Below are positions 54,107 through 63,788 of a DNA stretch of 64,000 nucleotides, in pieces. The DNA comes from Clostridia bacterium (lineage in GTDB: Bacteria > Bacillota > Clostridia > JAAYHZ01), in NCBI GenBank assembly GCA_050950825.1, contig JBMNIH010000001.1, positions 55,073-119,072 of the forward strand, read 5' to 3'. Below the pieces are notes generated by a model. It saw only the letters and a program-made list of their open reading frames with translations. It made no database searches and was not told where the DNA came from. A program made the translations under genes and the position numbers. Numbering within the stretch: position 1 is the first letter of the stretch; each line of letters opens with the position of its first letter.

Positions 54107-54565
54107 CTATGCATATCCGGACAGGAATGCAGAACGGGTCTGTACCCATAAATTCCAATTTACAAGCGTATGGACAATTCGCGCCAGCCAGCCTGGTGCA
54201 TCACCAACATAAAACCATATCCTATGGAGGACGGATATTGGTCCTGAAGCTTCTTCAGTTTCTTTTCCCAGTTGTATTGCTATGGACTGCAAGCAACCTG
54301 CAAAATACCTGCTTAAAGAGTTAAACCACTTTTTCCACCGGTATAGCGTAGATTCATCACATGCTATTGCTAGCGGAGTGTTGTTATCTTCTGCTACAAC
54401 TGTCTCTATGCATTCGCTTTTGTACCGTTTGTATGGAACCAAAATATCCGGTAATTCGTGATGTATCTTGTTACACTCCATGCACCGCAACCTGCGGATT
54501 ATCAGTATCACTTGCGAGGCATCCTCCTGCAGGTACTTCCTGGGCCTGCTTCCTACAACCTTTGC
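54107..54565 (-). pseudogene. DUF6431-like protein lacking its native N-terminus
   Basis: KVVGSRPR..IRRLRCMECNKIHHELPDILVPYKRY..STLYRW; upstream sequence is the antisense of the SBP 3' fragment. Confidence 0.65.
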
Positions 54566-55137
54566 TCCTATATAAATCAAAGAAATTCGAGTCTTTCCAT
54601 TACGTACCGTTGTGGGTGATATCCGCTGCATCTCATAAAAGCGAAAGATCATTGATATTCTTGAATTATTTATTCAATAATATGGATGCAAACCTATTAG
54701 CTTCATATGGAATCGAAAATCGGAATTATAAAATCGGTAATAACGGTGTTCTCGTAAATATAAAACCGGCTTCTCTGATGAGAATTTGTAACCCGAAATA
54801 TATTTTACCCACATGGCCTGATCCGACATCTTTTCGAGAGATATTTGATCTTTACCACCGTAGTGTCTTTGCTCAAGACCGACTTCTGGACTTGTACAAT
54901 GATTACGATCTGCTGAAAGAATATATAAGAATTATAGAATCTAAGGATGCACATGTTTTTACGGAAAGAAAAGAAGCCCTAAGACCATACACTTTGACTA
55001 TGGGAAAGGAAGAAAAAATTCAAGCATTTAACGACATGCTGCAAGCCTTAGAAAAAATCGGTGATGAAAACCCGGAATTGCTAGTAATTTTGGAATCCTT
55101 TATGAACGGTGCTGCATTAGCAGGTTATGGCGAATGA
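54565..55137 (+). pseudogene. 3' fragment of solute-binding protein
   Basis: WVISAASHKSERSLIFLNYL...LLASYGIENRNY matches the SBP C-terminal motif; no start of its own. Confidence 0.6.
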
Positions 55138-55479
55138 CCTAACAGCACAGTAAGTATATACCCATTAATGGAGTTACCAAGGACTTTTCGTCACCCGGTT
55201 TCATCGATAAGAGGATATTATAAATAAATCGAATCATGTACATACGCATTATTCCTACCCCTTCAGGAATATATGGTTATACATCCGCCGTCTTTGACCG
55301 GCATAGGTGAGCCTTCTAAGATTGAACCGATAGTGTCCATAAGTCACTTTCCTATCGTCACATCTTTGATTCCGTAATTTTTGACCGGTTCTCCGATCCG
55401 ATCTTTAGAAATAAAGACTTTATCAATTCCAAAAATCAATGTCATTTCTATATACCATTTTTTCTCCTTATTGATCTCC

Positions 55480-56200
55480 TCATTGATATCGATTTGCTTG
55501 AAGTTTGAACATACGGGCATATTTACCGTTTTTCCGCAAAAGGTCGAAATGCGAGCCTTCCTCAATAATACGACCGTCCTCAAGAACCAAAATCCGATTG
55601 ACCAATGTTGTATTGGAAAGTCTGTGCGAAATGGTTGTCGCACTTTTCCCCTCGCTTAAGCGATACAACTGTTCAAAGATTCGGTCTTCCGTAATTGGGT
55701 CTAGCGATGCCGACGGTTCATCAAGTATGACATAATCGGTTTCGTGAAAATAGGCTCTCGCTAAGCCGAGCATTTACCATTGGCCGACGGATAACTCTTT
55801 CCCCTTTTCGTCGATATAACGTCCTAAGTAGGTGTCAAACCATTTTCCCAATCCTTTATAACTTGATCAAAACCGCTTATTCTGCACGCCTTTGCCAATT
55901 TTTCATTGAACTTCGGAAAATACCGATAATGCAATCGTCTCACGAAGCGACAAGTAGTACGGCACGGGATCTTGAAACAGTACGGAGAAAAGCCGTCTCA
56001 AGGCATACACATCGTATTCTTTTATGTTGATGTCGTCGATAAAAATCTCTCCTTCATCGACATCATAAAAACGAAACTAAAGCTTTAAAATCGTCGACTT
56101 TCCGGAACCGTTAGAGCCCACCAACCCTACTTTTTCACCGGGCTCAATAACAAAAGAACAATTCTTCAGTACGTATTCCTCGGAATTGGGATAACGGCAA
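55480..56200 (-). pseudogene. ABC exporter ATPase domain remnant
   Basis: [34 protein letters not shown] ..LDEPSASLD..SHRLS, with internal stops and frameshifts and no membrane domain. Confidence 0.8.
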
Positions 56201-56466
56201 TACATATTTATCGGTACCGGGGTATTTGAAATATACGTCTCGAAATTCAAGAGATTTTTAGTACACAGTCCCCATATCGATTTCAAAGAACCGCATTCTT
56301 TTGTAAATTCAATTATCGTATCATAATTTAACTTTTTCGGTAATTCATATCTGTCTGCTATCCGGTTTAACCGCTCTATATAGTCGTCCATGTTCATAAC
56401 CTCCTGACAATGTTACCTCTCGTATCATCAGACTATGAAATAGGTTGAATAATATAGCAATTTGCA

Positions 56467-56778
56467 TCATTTCATTAAAGCCACCCTGTATGGAAATAGT
56501 TCCGCTTTCATGATGCCTTCCGCTACTTCGGGATCACTTTTCATTATAGCTAACGCTTCCTCTTCGGAATCCGTTTCCAAAATTACAATACCGAATGTTT
56601 TTTCATCGTTGCCTTCGGTTTTACCTGCCAGAATAAGCTTTCCTTCTTTCAGCAGTTCTTGTAACTCCCTAAAATGTCTATGAACGATTTTTTCTTCTCG
56701 GTCTGTCCAATTGTTTACATCATACAATTCCGGTATCAGCTTCAAAACGTAAATAAATTGCTTTTTGCTGTTATCCAT
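56467..56778 (-). CDS. YciI-like protein
   Basis: H..LQEL..GKLILAGKT..FGIVI..SDP.V..G. Confidence 0.8.
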   Translation of the reverse strand: MDNSKKQFIYVLKLIPELYDVNNWTDREEKIVHRHFRELQELLKEGKLILAGKTEGNDEKTFGIVILETDSEEEALAIMKSDPEVAEGIMKAELFPYRVALMK

Positions 56779-56827
56779 TCGTTTTATTCCTCCGACTTCT
56801 CTCATCAGGTTAACTATGTACTTAAGA

Positions 56828-57295
56828 CTAGCGATTAACGGCCTTAACCATTTTATAATTCACAAGGATTACTCCGTTTCGAACGACTTGATTCTCCGCT
56901 TTTACCGTATACCCTATTTTTTCAAAGAAGGGTTTAGCGGTAACGGATGCGTAAGTAATAAACGTATGAACACCTGCTTTTTGTGCATTCCGCTCCAATT
57001 CCTTTACCAAAGCCGTTGCGATACCTCTTCGTTGAAAATCCTTATGAACATAGAGTTTGTCCAAGTAGCCCTTATCATCCATATCCGCAAATCCTGCAAT
57101 TTCTCCGTTTATTTCTGCAACCAAAGTATAATGCCCGGTAAAAGATTGATTCCATTCATCTAAATCGACGTTTCCCGTTGCCCATGCATTTATCTGTTCT
57201 TCGGTATAATCCTTAGCGTTTACGGTATGCACCGTATCATAAAACAGTTTCGCCATAATAGGACAATCGCTCGGTCGATATTTTCGAATTATCAT
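56828..57295 (-). CDS. GNAT acetyltransferase
   Basis: LYVHKDFQRRGIA, ASVTAKPFFEKIG. Confidence 0.9.
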   Translation of the reverse strand: MIIRKYRPSDCPIMAKLFYDTVHTVNAKDYTEEQINAWATGNVDLDEWNQSFTGHYTLVAEINGEIAGFADMDDKGYLDKLYVHKDFQRRGIATALVKELERNAQKAGVHTFITYASVTAKPFFEKIGYTVKAENQVVRNGVILVNYKMVKAVNR

Positions 57296-57771
57296 AGTTT
57301 ATTCATTCTCCGCATAAATTCGCTTTTTCTGTCACAGAGACATTCATCGGGTTTTTCCCGTTACAATAAAATTAAATCCGCCAAGCCGGTCATAACTTCT
57401 GTCGTTTTCAAAGCCGTATTCCCTCTCATCCATATTATAGCATATCTTTTAAAATATCGAATTTACGATTGTTTATATTAGCATAGCAACAACCGACATA
57501 CATGAAAATAGCGGCATTCATTGACTTTCAAGGCACCAAAAGCGGAAAAGGAATCGACTACATCCGGTCTCCTGAACTCTACACTTTTTCAATTGATGCC
57601 ATCAAGCGATTAAATGACAGACGGTAATTTGGTGATCGGTATCACCACCAATCGGTATACCCAAAGGTATACTTTCGTGGGAAGCTCTTATATCATCGAA
57701 GATAAAAGACCGTCAGCTTCCTTTTGGTTACTGACGGTCTATAGGCATAAAGTGAGAATTTCTTCTGCTTG

Positions 57772-58782
57772 TTATTCAAATGCAATGATGCTTGCCAATT
57801 TATCCATTCTGTAAGCTGTGATCTCATCCGTAAGCTTGTAATCGTTTTTTTCAATTAACTCCATGAATTCGGACAGCATAGTTATGTATTCGCTTTGCTC
57901 ATTTCCGTTAAGGGCAGCCTCGTATGCCTTCTTCGCTTCTTCCTTCATGGTTTTCGTTTCATAGTCAAACAAGGGGGTATTATCTAATCCCGACAGTGTT
58001 ATGTATACGTATCTTGCGTATAACGCTTTTACATAATCGGTCCTCTCGGACTGATCGTATTCTTTTATATATTTTTCTTGCATCAAGGCGCGACGGATGA
58101 CTTCATCCCATTCGATCAACAAAGCCGCATCCTTTGCAAAAGCTTGTTCCGTCTCTATGGCTAGTATATCAATGTAATCACGTACTTCCGGGGTTGCGTA
58201 CTCGCTAAAGTTTTTCAAATACGCGTAATCAAGAATCGGGAAAAACATCCCTTCGGCATGGTCTACCTTATACCCGTTTTCTTTGGCTGTTCGAATCAAT
58301 TCTTTAATTTCGGAATCATTAAAATCCTCAGGATCGTTTAAATCTATATCCGAAGAAAAGCTTTCTAAAAATTTCTTCTGTACGGTTTGATGACTGAAGT
58401 TCTCTTCCATTTCCGATAAACGGTCCATCATGTGGCTTTCCATCTTCAGAACCATCAAGGAAGCGTTTTCCGCCGATACTTTTCCGATATGTTCTTTTAC
58501 AAAGTCCCCGATTTCCTTCAAATCGACTTCCTTTTGTTCGAATAACACTTCGAATTCGCTCATGATATCTTCTTCGTTTGCTTCTTCCGTTGTAACGGGT
58601 ACTTCGGAGGTTGTTTCTTCTTTTGTTTCTTCCGTTGTTTGTCTTACGGTTTCCGTTGTTACGGTTCTTTGCGTCGTTTGGCTTTCTTCCGTGTTTATAG
58701 GATCCGTATTTTGGGATCCGCAAGCACTAAAGGTCAGCATAACGACAGCAAAAAATAGTATCAATAGGTTTTTCTTTTTCAT
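57772..58782 (-). CDS. Hypothetical lipoprotein with Thr/Glu-rich linker
   Basis: Lipobox FSAC; low-complexity linker; AEGMFFPILDY domain. Confidence 0.75.
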   Translation of the reverse strand: MKKKNLLILFFAVVMLTFSACGSQNTDPINTEESQTTQRTVTTETVRQTTEETKEETTSEVPVTTEEANEEDIMSEFEVLFEQKEVDLKEIGDFVKEHIGKVSAENASLMVLKMESHMMDRLSEMEENFSHQTVQKKFLESFSSDIDLNDPEDFNDSEIKELIRTAKENGYKVDHAEGMFFPILDYAYLKNFSEYATPEVRDYIDILAIETEQAFAKDAALLIEWDEVIRRALMQEKYIKEYDQSERTDYVKALYARYVYITLSGLDNTPLFDYETKTMKEEAKKAYEAALNGNEQSEYITMLSEFMELIEKNDYKLTDEITAYRMDKLASIIAFE

Positions 58783-58869
58783 TTGATAAAACTCCTTTGC
58801 CTTATTCTCATTGTAAAAGAAAATTCCCCTTACTCTTGCATCTCCTATGCAAGATATGCCATATCTCGT

Positions 58870-58896
58870 TAGACGAATTTGATACCGAATTGTTCC
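58870..58896 (-). promoter_or_regulatory. Putative ECF-sigma promoter
   Basis: GGAAC-16 nt-CGTCTA upstream of the lipoprotein gene. Confidence 0.55.
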
Positions 58897-58899
58897 CTG

Positions 58900-60450
58900 T
58901 CAATTGGTCAGAGCTTTCTTTACCTTGAATTTTCTTCTTCTTTCCAATACCGTTTGCTGTATGGTGGACGTAGCAATCATACCGGCTTTTTTCGTCAGGT
59001 GTCGAAATCGAACAAGCTTTGTAGACACTTTATACAACAAACTCGCCATATCTACGGCTAAAGCTTTGTTCGAGCGTACCGCCAAATAGTCGATTATCGA
59101 ACCGAATCCATTGAACTGGGACAAATGAATCAGATGCAGCCAAAAATTCGATCGGGAATTCCTGTTTTCCAAACCCCAATAGTGGCTATACTGTTCTTCC
59201 ATGGTCCCGTACATGATCTTATTTAGCTTATCAAAATCCACGACTTTTCTTTCCAAAGCGATTTTTACAATATCGGTACCGGGAAGAAAATTTAATCCGT
59301 GAATTTGTAAGGAAAAAGGACGAGGTATTCTGCGGACCAATTCATAGGTTTCGATTAAATCCCCTTCCGTTTCAAAAGGATGCAATAGGATAAAGTCGTA
59401 AACGATTTCAGGAACCTTACATTCGTGCAAAATGTTGCATGCCTTCAAGATATCGTTTGTACTTTCGTATCGCCGGAAAACGTCCTTTAGGATTCTCTCC
59501 GATCCGCTTTGAATGCCCATAACCGCTTTATACAAGCCGGCGGCAGTCAAACGACGTATTATGCTTTTTTTAACCTTTAAAGGATGGCACCATATTTCAA
59601 AGGGCAGATTGATATGCTCCACATAGCTTTCGCAGAATCGTTCAACCCAGTCTTCGTTGTCCGAAAAGATTTCATCCCAAAAACGTATATACTTTAAATT
59701 CTTTATCTTTTCCTTTGCTTCGATCAGCTCGTTTATAACCGATTCTACGCTTCGATACCGAAGGTATTCGCCTTTGCCTTTGTATAATCGTCTTAAATTT
59801 ATGGAGCTGCAAAAAGAACAAGCGAAAGGACAGCCTTTCGTTGCAGCGGTTTCATAGCTCATCGAAAGCAGTTGAGGATCGCCGAAGAAGATTCTATCGT
59901 TTTCAATGGAAAACTTGTTGTCTCCGCCAATGATCGGTGGTCCGAATTCATCGGGATCTTTACTCAGATGGCGTAATTCGTTGATTCTCACATCATCGTT
60001 GAAGCGGTATCCTACGTTTTGGATGTTATGAATCTTTTGCTTGTCTCTGATGGCATTGGCAAACTCAATAAGAGCATGCTCTCCTTCTCCGACAATCACG
60101 TAATCGCTGAATTTCAAACAGTCCTCAGGAAATAAAGACGGATAAACTCCTCCCCATACCACGGGAATATCGTAATTATTCGTTATCACTTGGTTTACCT
60201 TTAATACCGCTTCCAAATAGAAGGTGGACATCACGCTAAGACCGATCAACATAGGATCAATCATCCCGATGAGATCCGTCAATAAATTCAACTCTTTCTC
60301 GGTACACATTTTCGGTTTTACGCTGTTGAACTTTTTAAAAAATACGATATATACATCAAATCCGGCCGTTACCAATGCTTTTTCCAAGCAGCGGATTCCC
60401 ATAGCCTTGTTGTTATAGAAGCTGATGAGTAAGATCCTGTTCTTTTCCAT
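58900..60450 (-). CDS. B12-binding domain radical SAM protein
   Basis: WGGVYP, GEGE, GCPFACSFC, GIQSGSERI. Confidence 0.88.
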   Translation of the reverse strand: MEKNRILLISFYNNKAMGIRCLEKALVTAGFDVYIVFFKKFNSVKPKMCTEKELNLLTDLIGMIDPMLIGLSVMSTFYLEAVLKVNQVITNNYDIPVVWGGVYPSLFPEDCLKFSDYVIVGEGEHALIEFANAIRDKQKIHNIQNVGYRFNDDVRINELRHLSKDPDEFGPPIIGGDNKFSIENDRIFFGDPQLLSMSYETAATKGCPFACSFCSSINLRRLYKGKGEYLRYRSVESVINELIEAKEKIKNLKYIRFWDEIFSDNEDWVERFCESYVEHINLPFEIWCHPLKVKKSIIRRLTAAGLYKAVMGIQSGSERILKDVFRRYESTNDILKACNILHECKVPEIVYDFILLHPFETEGDLIETYELVRRIPRPFSLQIHGLNFLPGTDIVKIALERKVVDFDKLNKIMYGTMEEQYSHYWGLENRNSRSNFWLHLIHLSQFNGFGSIIDYLAVRSNKALAVDMASLLYKVSTKLVRFRHLTKKAGMIATSTIQQTVLERRRKFKVKKALTN

Positions 60451-60633
60451 TTTAAATCACCTATTCATGTTAATACCCCGTATTATTGCCTTTTTCCGGA
60501 GATTTATAATAGGCGAAGAAAAGTTGATAATATGGGAAATAGGACCGCTTGTACAACGGGATTATATCGATAATACAAAACATAAAAAGAAATACGGTTG
60601 CATCTGTGATACAATGTTGTTCGAGGTGAGTAT

Positions 60634-61077
60634 ATGTCTAAAATATCGAAAGAAAGAAAAGTTACATACTATATCGGTATCATTATGATTGTGTTGGGAT
60701 TCATTCTCTTTTTTTCCGTATTCCTTTTTACTGCGAGCATGATGAGTAACCCCTTTGGCGGCAAGGTACCGCCTTTTGGAAATGCCGTCATCGGTATGAT
60801 CTTAATCATTGTCGGCTCCTTGGTAAAGAACATCGGTGCCAAAGGAACGGCAGGCTCCGGATTGATATTGGATCCCGATAAAGCACGGGAGGATTTAAAG
60901 CCCTTTAACGAAGCAAAAGGCGCCATGATCAACGATACCATCAGTAAGATTGATGTTGTGAGTAAATTAGCGACACCGCAACAAGAAAAAGAAGTTATTA
61001 AGATTAGGTGCAGAAGCTGCGGTACGCTCAATGACGAAGATGCAAAGTTCTGCAAGGAATGCGGAAAAGAAATATAA
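60634..61077 (+). CDS. Membrane protein with C-terminal zinc ribbon
   Basis: Two TM segments; CRSCGTLNDEDAKFCKECG. Confidence 0.8.
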   Translation: MSKISKERKVTYYIGIIMIVLGFILFFSVFLFTASMMSNPFGGKVPPFGNAVIGMILIIVGSLVKNIGAKGTAGSGLILDPDKAREDLKPFNEAKGAMINDTISKIDVVSKLATPQQEKEVIKIRCRSCGTLNDEDAKFCKECGKEI

Positions 61078-61139
61078 TCTTAAAGAAAGCATTATCCTGC
61101 CAAAAGCAAGATCCCATGGATCTTGCCTTTGACAGGAAG

Positions 61140-62495
61140 TTATTCATTCGTTGTTATTAAGGAACGGAATTCAGGAGAATCCTTGTAGGGTTCAAAGGCA
61201 TTTCCCGGTTCTTTAATTTCTTCTATACGTTTCGGATTTCGTCGGATCGCTTTTTCAAGGTAAGATAGCATGTTAATCGGTTCTTTCCGCTTGGCGTATA
61301 AAAGAGCAATTTCGTATTCGTACTCTCCTAAATCAAACCCGGAACAAGTTATTTCATCATGAGTCAATAAATGATCGTACTCTTTCAGCAACCGGTCAAG
61401 CTCTTTTTCACTATCGCCTAACCTTTTGTAACAAAGAGTCACTCGATTTAAAATCATTTGACGATCAAAGGGAGATAGATCGGATTCGAGTAAAGCCAAG
61501 TAATAATCCCTTGCCTTTTCGTATTGCCGTTGAGATAAATATATTTCTCCTTCTATAAAATTGTTTTTCATCCCCAAATCAACGGCTTTACAGGCATAAA
61601 CCAAGGCTTTGTCATACTTCCCCCAATCCGTATATACTTCCGCCATGAAATAATAGTATACATGTTTCGGTACTTCTTGACCGGTATCAAGATCCATATA
61701 TCCTTCGAAATTCAGTTTTTCCATTAACTTGAATTCCTGCTCTACCGGTACAAACAAACTTTCTCTTTTTCTTTTGCACCATGCATTCTCCACGCGGATC
61801 ACATAATGACAATGCCGAGCAATGTGCAGATGTGCTTCCACATTATCTCCCGCAAGAGCAGGCGCCTCCTGCAAAATTTGTTCGGCACGATCAAAGTCTT
61901 TTCGCCCAATCGCGTCATAAATTTCATTCAAGTACGTTAACACTTTGTCAACCTTGGATCTGCTCTCCATTAAAAACTTTTCAAAAATTTCCGAGCTTCT
62001 TTCCATAATGGATCCCCTTTCTTTTTTTAGCAATTGTCTTGCTTTGTAAAGGCGATTATTAACCGTCGTGACCGGGATGTTCAATATTTCGGCGCAATCT
62101 TTTTGAGAAAGTCCGCATACAATACCCAATATCGTCACATAAGCAATGTGCTTCGGCAAACGTAGGAGACATTCATCCAATTGATTCTGCAACTCATCCG
62201 TTAAAACGTGTTCTTCCGGTTTCGGATTCGGATCCTGTACATCAGCAACGATTTCATTATCTAAAGAAACGGTATCTTTTTCGTTTTTCTTTTTTCGATA
62301 ATATGAAGCAATTGTATTTTTCGCAATCGTATCCAACCAAGCTTTTAAACTGCCCGGATTCTTCAAGCTGTCTTTTTTAAGAATGGCAGTTAAAAAGGTG
62401 TCTTGGGTGATGTCTTTCGCATCCTCAAAAGATCCTGTTTTTACATAGATGAGCCCGAAGATTCTTTTGTAATGTTCATCAATCCATGTTTGCAT
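61140..62495 (-). CDS. ECF sigma-70 factor with C-terminal TPR extension
   Basis: Region 2 DAKDITQDTF..LKAWL..IAKN; region 4 SQKDCAEILNIPVTTVNNRLYKAR; ~290-aa TPR-like tail. Confidence 0.85.
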   Translation of the reverse strand: MQTWIDEHYKRIFGLIYVKTGSFEDAKDITQDTFLTAILKKDSLKNPGSLKAWLDTIAKNTIASYYRKKKNEKDTVSLDNEIVADVQDPNPKPEEHVLTDELQNQLDECLLRLPKHIAYVTILGIVCGLSQKDCAEILNIPVTTVNNRLYKARQLLKKERGSIMERSSEIFEKFLMESRSKVDKVLTYLNEIYDAIGRKDFDRAEQILQEAPALAGDNVEAHLHIARHCHYVIRVENAWCKRKRESLFVPVEQEFKLMEKLNFEGYMDLDTGQEVPKHVYYYFMAEVYTDWGKYDKALVYACKAVDLGMKNNFIEGEIYLSQRQYEKARDYYLALLESDLSPFDRQMILNRVTLCYKRLGDSEKELDRLLKEYDHLLTHDEITCSGFDLGEYEYEIALLYAKRKEPINMLSYLEKAIRRNPKRIEEIKEPGNAFEPYKDSPEFRSLITTNE

Positions 62496-62656
62496 GTTTT
62501 CGCCTCCCGAATATATAGACGCAACAACTCGGGGATTCCTTTATTCTTTTTTTATTTTACCAATAAATGAAGAAAGGCAGCATTAAAGAAAAGAATTCAT
62601 CTTCCGCTTATCCGCTGCGCTCACCGGGATATATTTATTGTTTAATGTGCTAAAGA

Positions 62657-63622
62657 TTAACGGTACACGGTAACAATAAATCCGTCTACGTTATTGCCCG
62701 AAATGTCATAAGGCAAATCCTTAGGAACCGGTACACGGGTTTCGGTAGTGAAATAGATTTCGTATTCCCGGTCTTCGTATGTAACGATCAAATGATTCTT
62801 GCCGTATTCAAACCCGCGAAGGTAGTCGATATATTCTTCCAAGCAAAAATCCTTTTCGACCATGATATAAGAATGAGGTATACCGACATAACGGAAATGC
62901 CAAGGTTCATGAGCAATGCCGGTCAAGTTCTCTTTTTGCCGGTCATACCTCATGACAAATCCGTATTTATGAGCATTGTCGTTTATCTTTCGGTAATCTC
63001 CTTTGCCGTCATAGGTTGCGCTGGTACCGTTGTTGAAGAATAATGAAAAGTCCACCGCAAGTCCGGTATGGTGCTCGCTTCCGCCGGGTCTTGCCACCCA
63101 GCGTTTGGCTTCCGCTTCCCCCTTTTGCTTCACTTCATCCAAATAAAGAGATTCCTGAAACTCGTATGTACGAAAGCCGCTAACTACATTCACCGTTTTC
63201 AATCCGGTGCTTTTATAAAAATCGTCCAGCATACGGTTCAAAGGATCGATAATGGTTTTGGACACCGTAACCAAGGTATCCTTCACGTTGTAGTTCAAGC
63301 TTTTGTAATCGAACAAGCTGACGCATTCCGTTTGATCAACCAAAGGATACAGATATTCGTTATTGACCAAAATCAAGCTTCCCTTCGAGATGTCTTCCGG
63401 CAGCATGGTAACATATGTATAATCATTTTCGTTTTCCGAGAATTCACGATTGGTTATGGAAATATTGGGACTGTTGTGGGGGCCATTCGTATTCCAATTT
63501 AGATTCGAAACCACGGAATAAACCCTATAACCTGCTTGCACCGCACCGTATACGATCCCCGTAAAGAAAATCAAAAACAGAATAAACCTTCCGATTTTTA
63601 ATTGACGTTTTTTCTTACTCAT
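62657..63622 (-). CDS. D-Ala-D-Ala carboxypeptidase (M15B, VanY-like)
   Basis: N-terminal TM; SGFR, SEHHTGLAVD, EPWHFRYVG. Confidence 0.9.
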   Translation of the reverse strand: MSKKKRQLKIGRFILFLIFFTGIVYGAVQAGYRVYSVVSNLNWNTNGPHNSPNISITNREFSENENDYTYVTMLPEDISKGSLILVNNEYLYPLVDQTECVSLFDYKSLNYNVKDTLVTVSKTIIDPLNRMLDDFYKSTGLKTVNVVSGFRTYEFQESLYLDEVKQKGEAEAKRWVARPGGSEHHTGLAVDFSLFFNNGTSATYDGKGDYRKINDNAHKYGFVMRYDRQKENLTGIAHEPWHFRYVGIPHSYIMVEKDFCLEEYIDYLRGFEYGKNHLIVTYEDREYEIYFTTETRVPVPKDLPYDISGNNVDGFIVTVYR

Positions 63623-63788
63623 GTTAATAACAGACTTTCTATGTAAATACTGCAGCTGTCAACATAAAAAACGGCTACCGTCTCATTATAGTCAAGCAAC
63701 CGGAAAAGTTCAATAAAAAACATGCGACCAATGATTGATTTAAAAGTGCATCTTTTTCGATGATGCATTATGATATGAATCATTTTTA

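Larger units (their letters stand above)
51540..54565 (-). mobile_element. Mu/Tn7-like four-gene transposon (DUF6431-like, DDE transposase, ExeA-type ATPase, small protein), 5'-truncated
   Basis: Four co-oriented genes with foreign composition, flanked by two halves of an SBP gene; ends approximate. Confidence 0.75.

Noticed and set aside
55150-55460. Possible inorganic pyrophosphatase-like gene remnant on the minus strand
   Set aside because: Only an RBS, MVYRNDIDFW and a DGG fragment are suggestive; too degraded to call without a search.
58580-58690. Short repetitive GTT/TTC-rich tract
   Set aside because: Encodes an ordinary Thr/Glu-rich lipoprotein linker.
62657-63622. Vancomycin resistance cluster
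   Set aside because: Lone M15B carboxypeptidase with no vanHAX or vanRS nearby; likely housekeeping.
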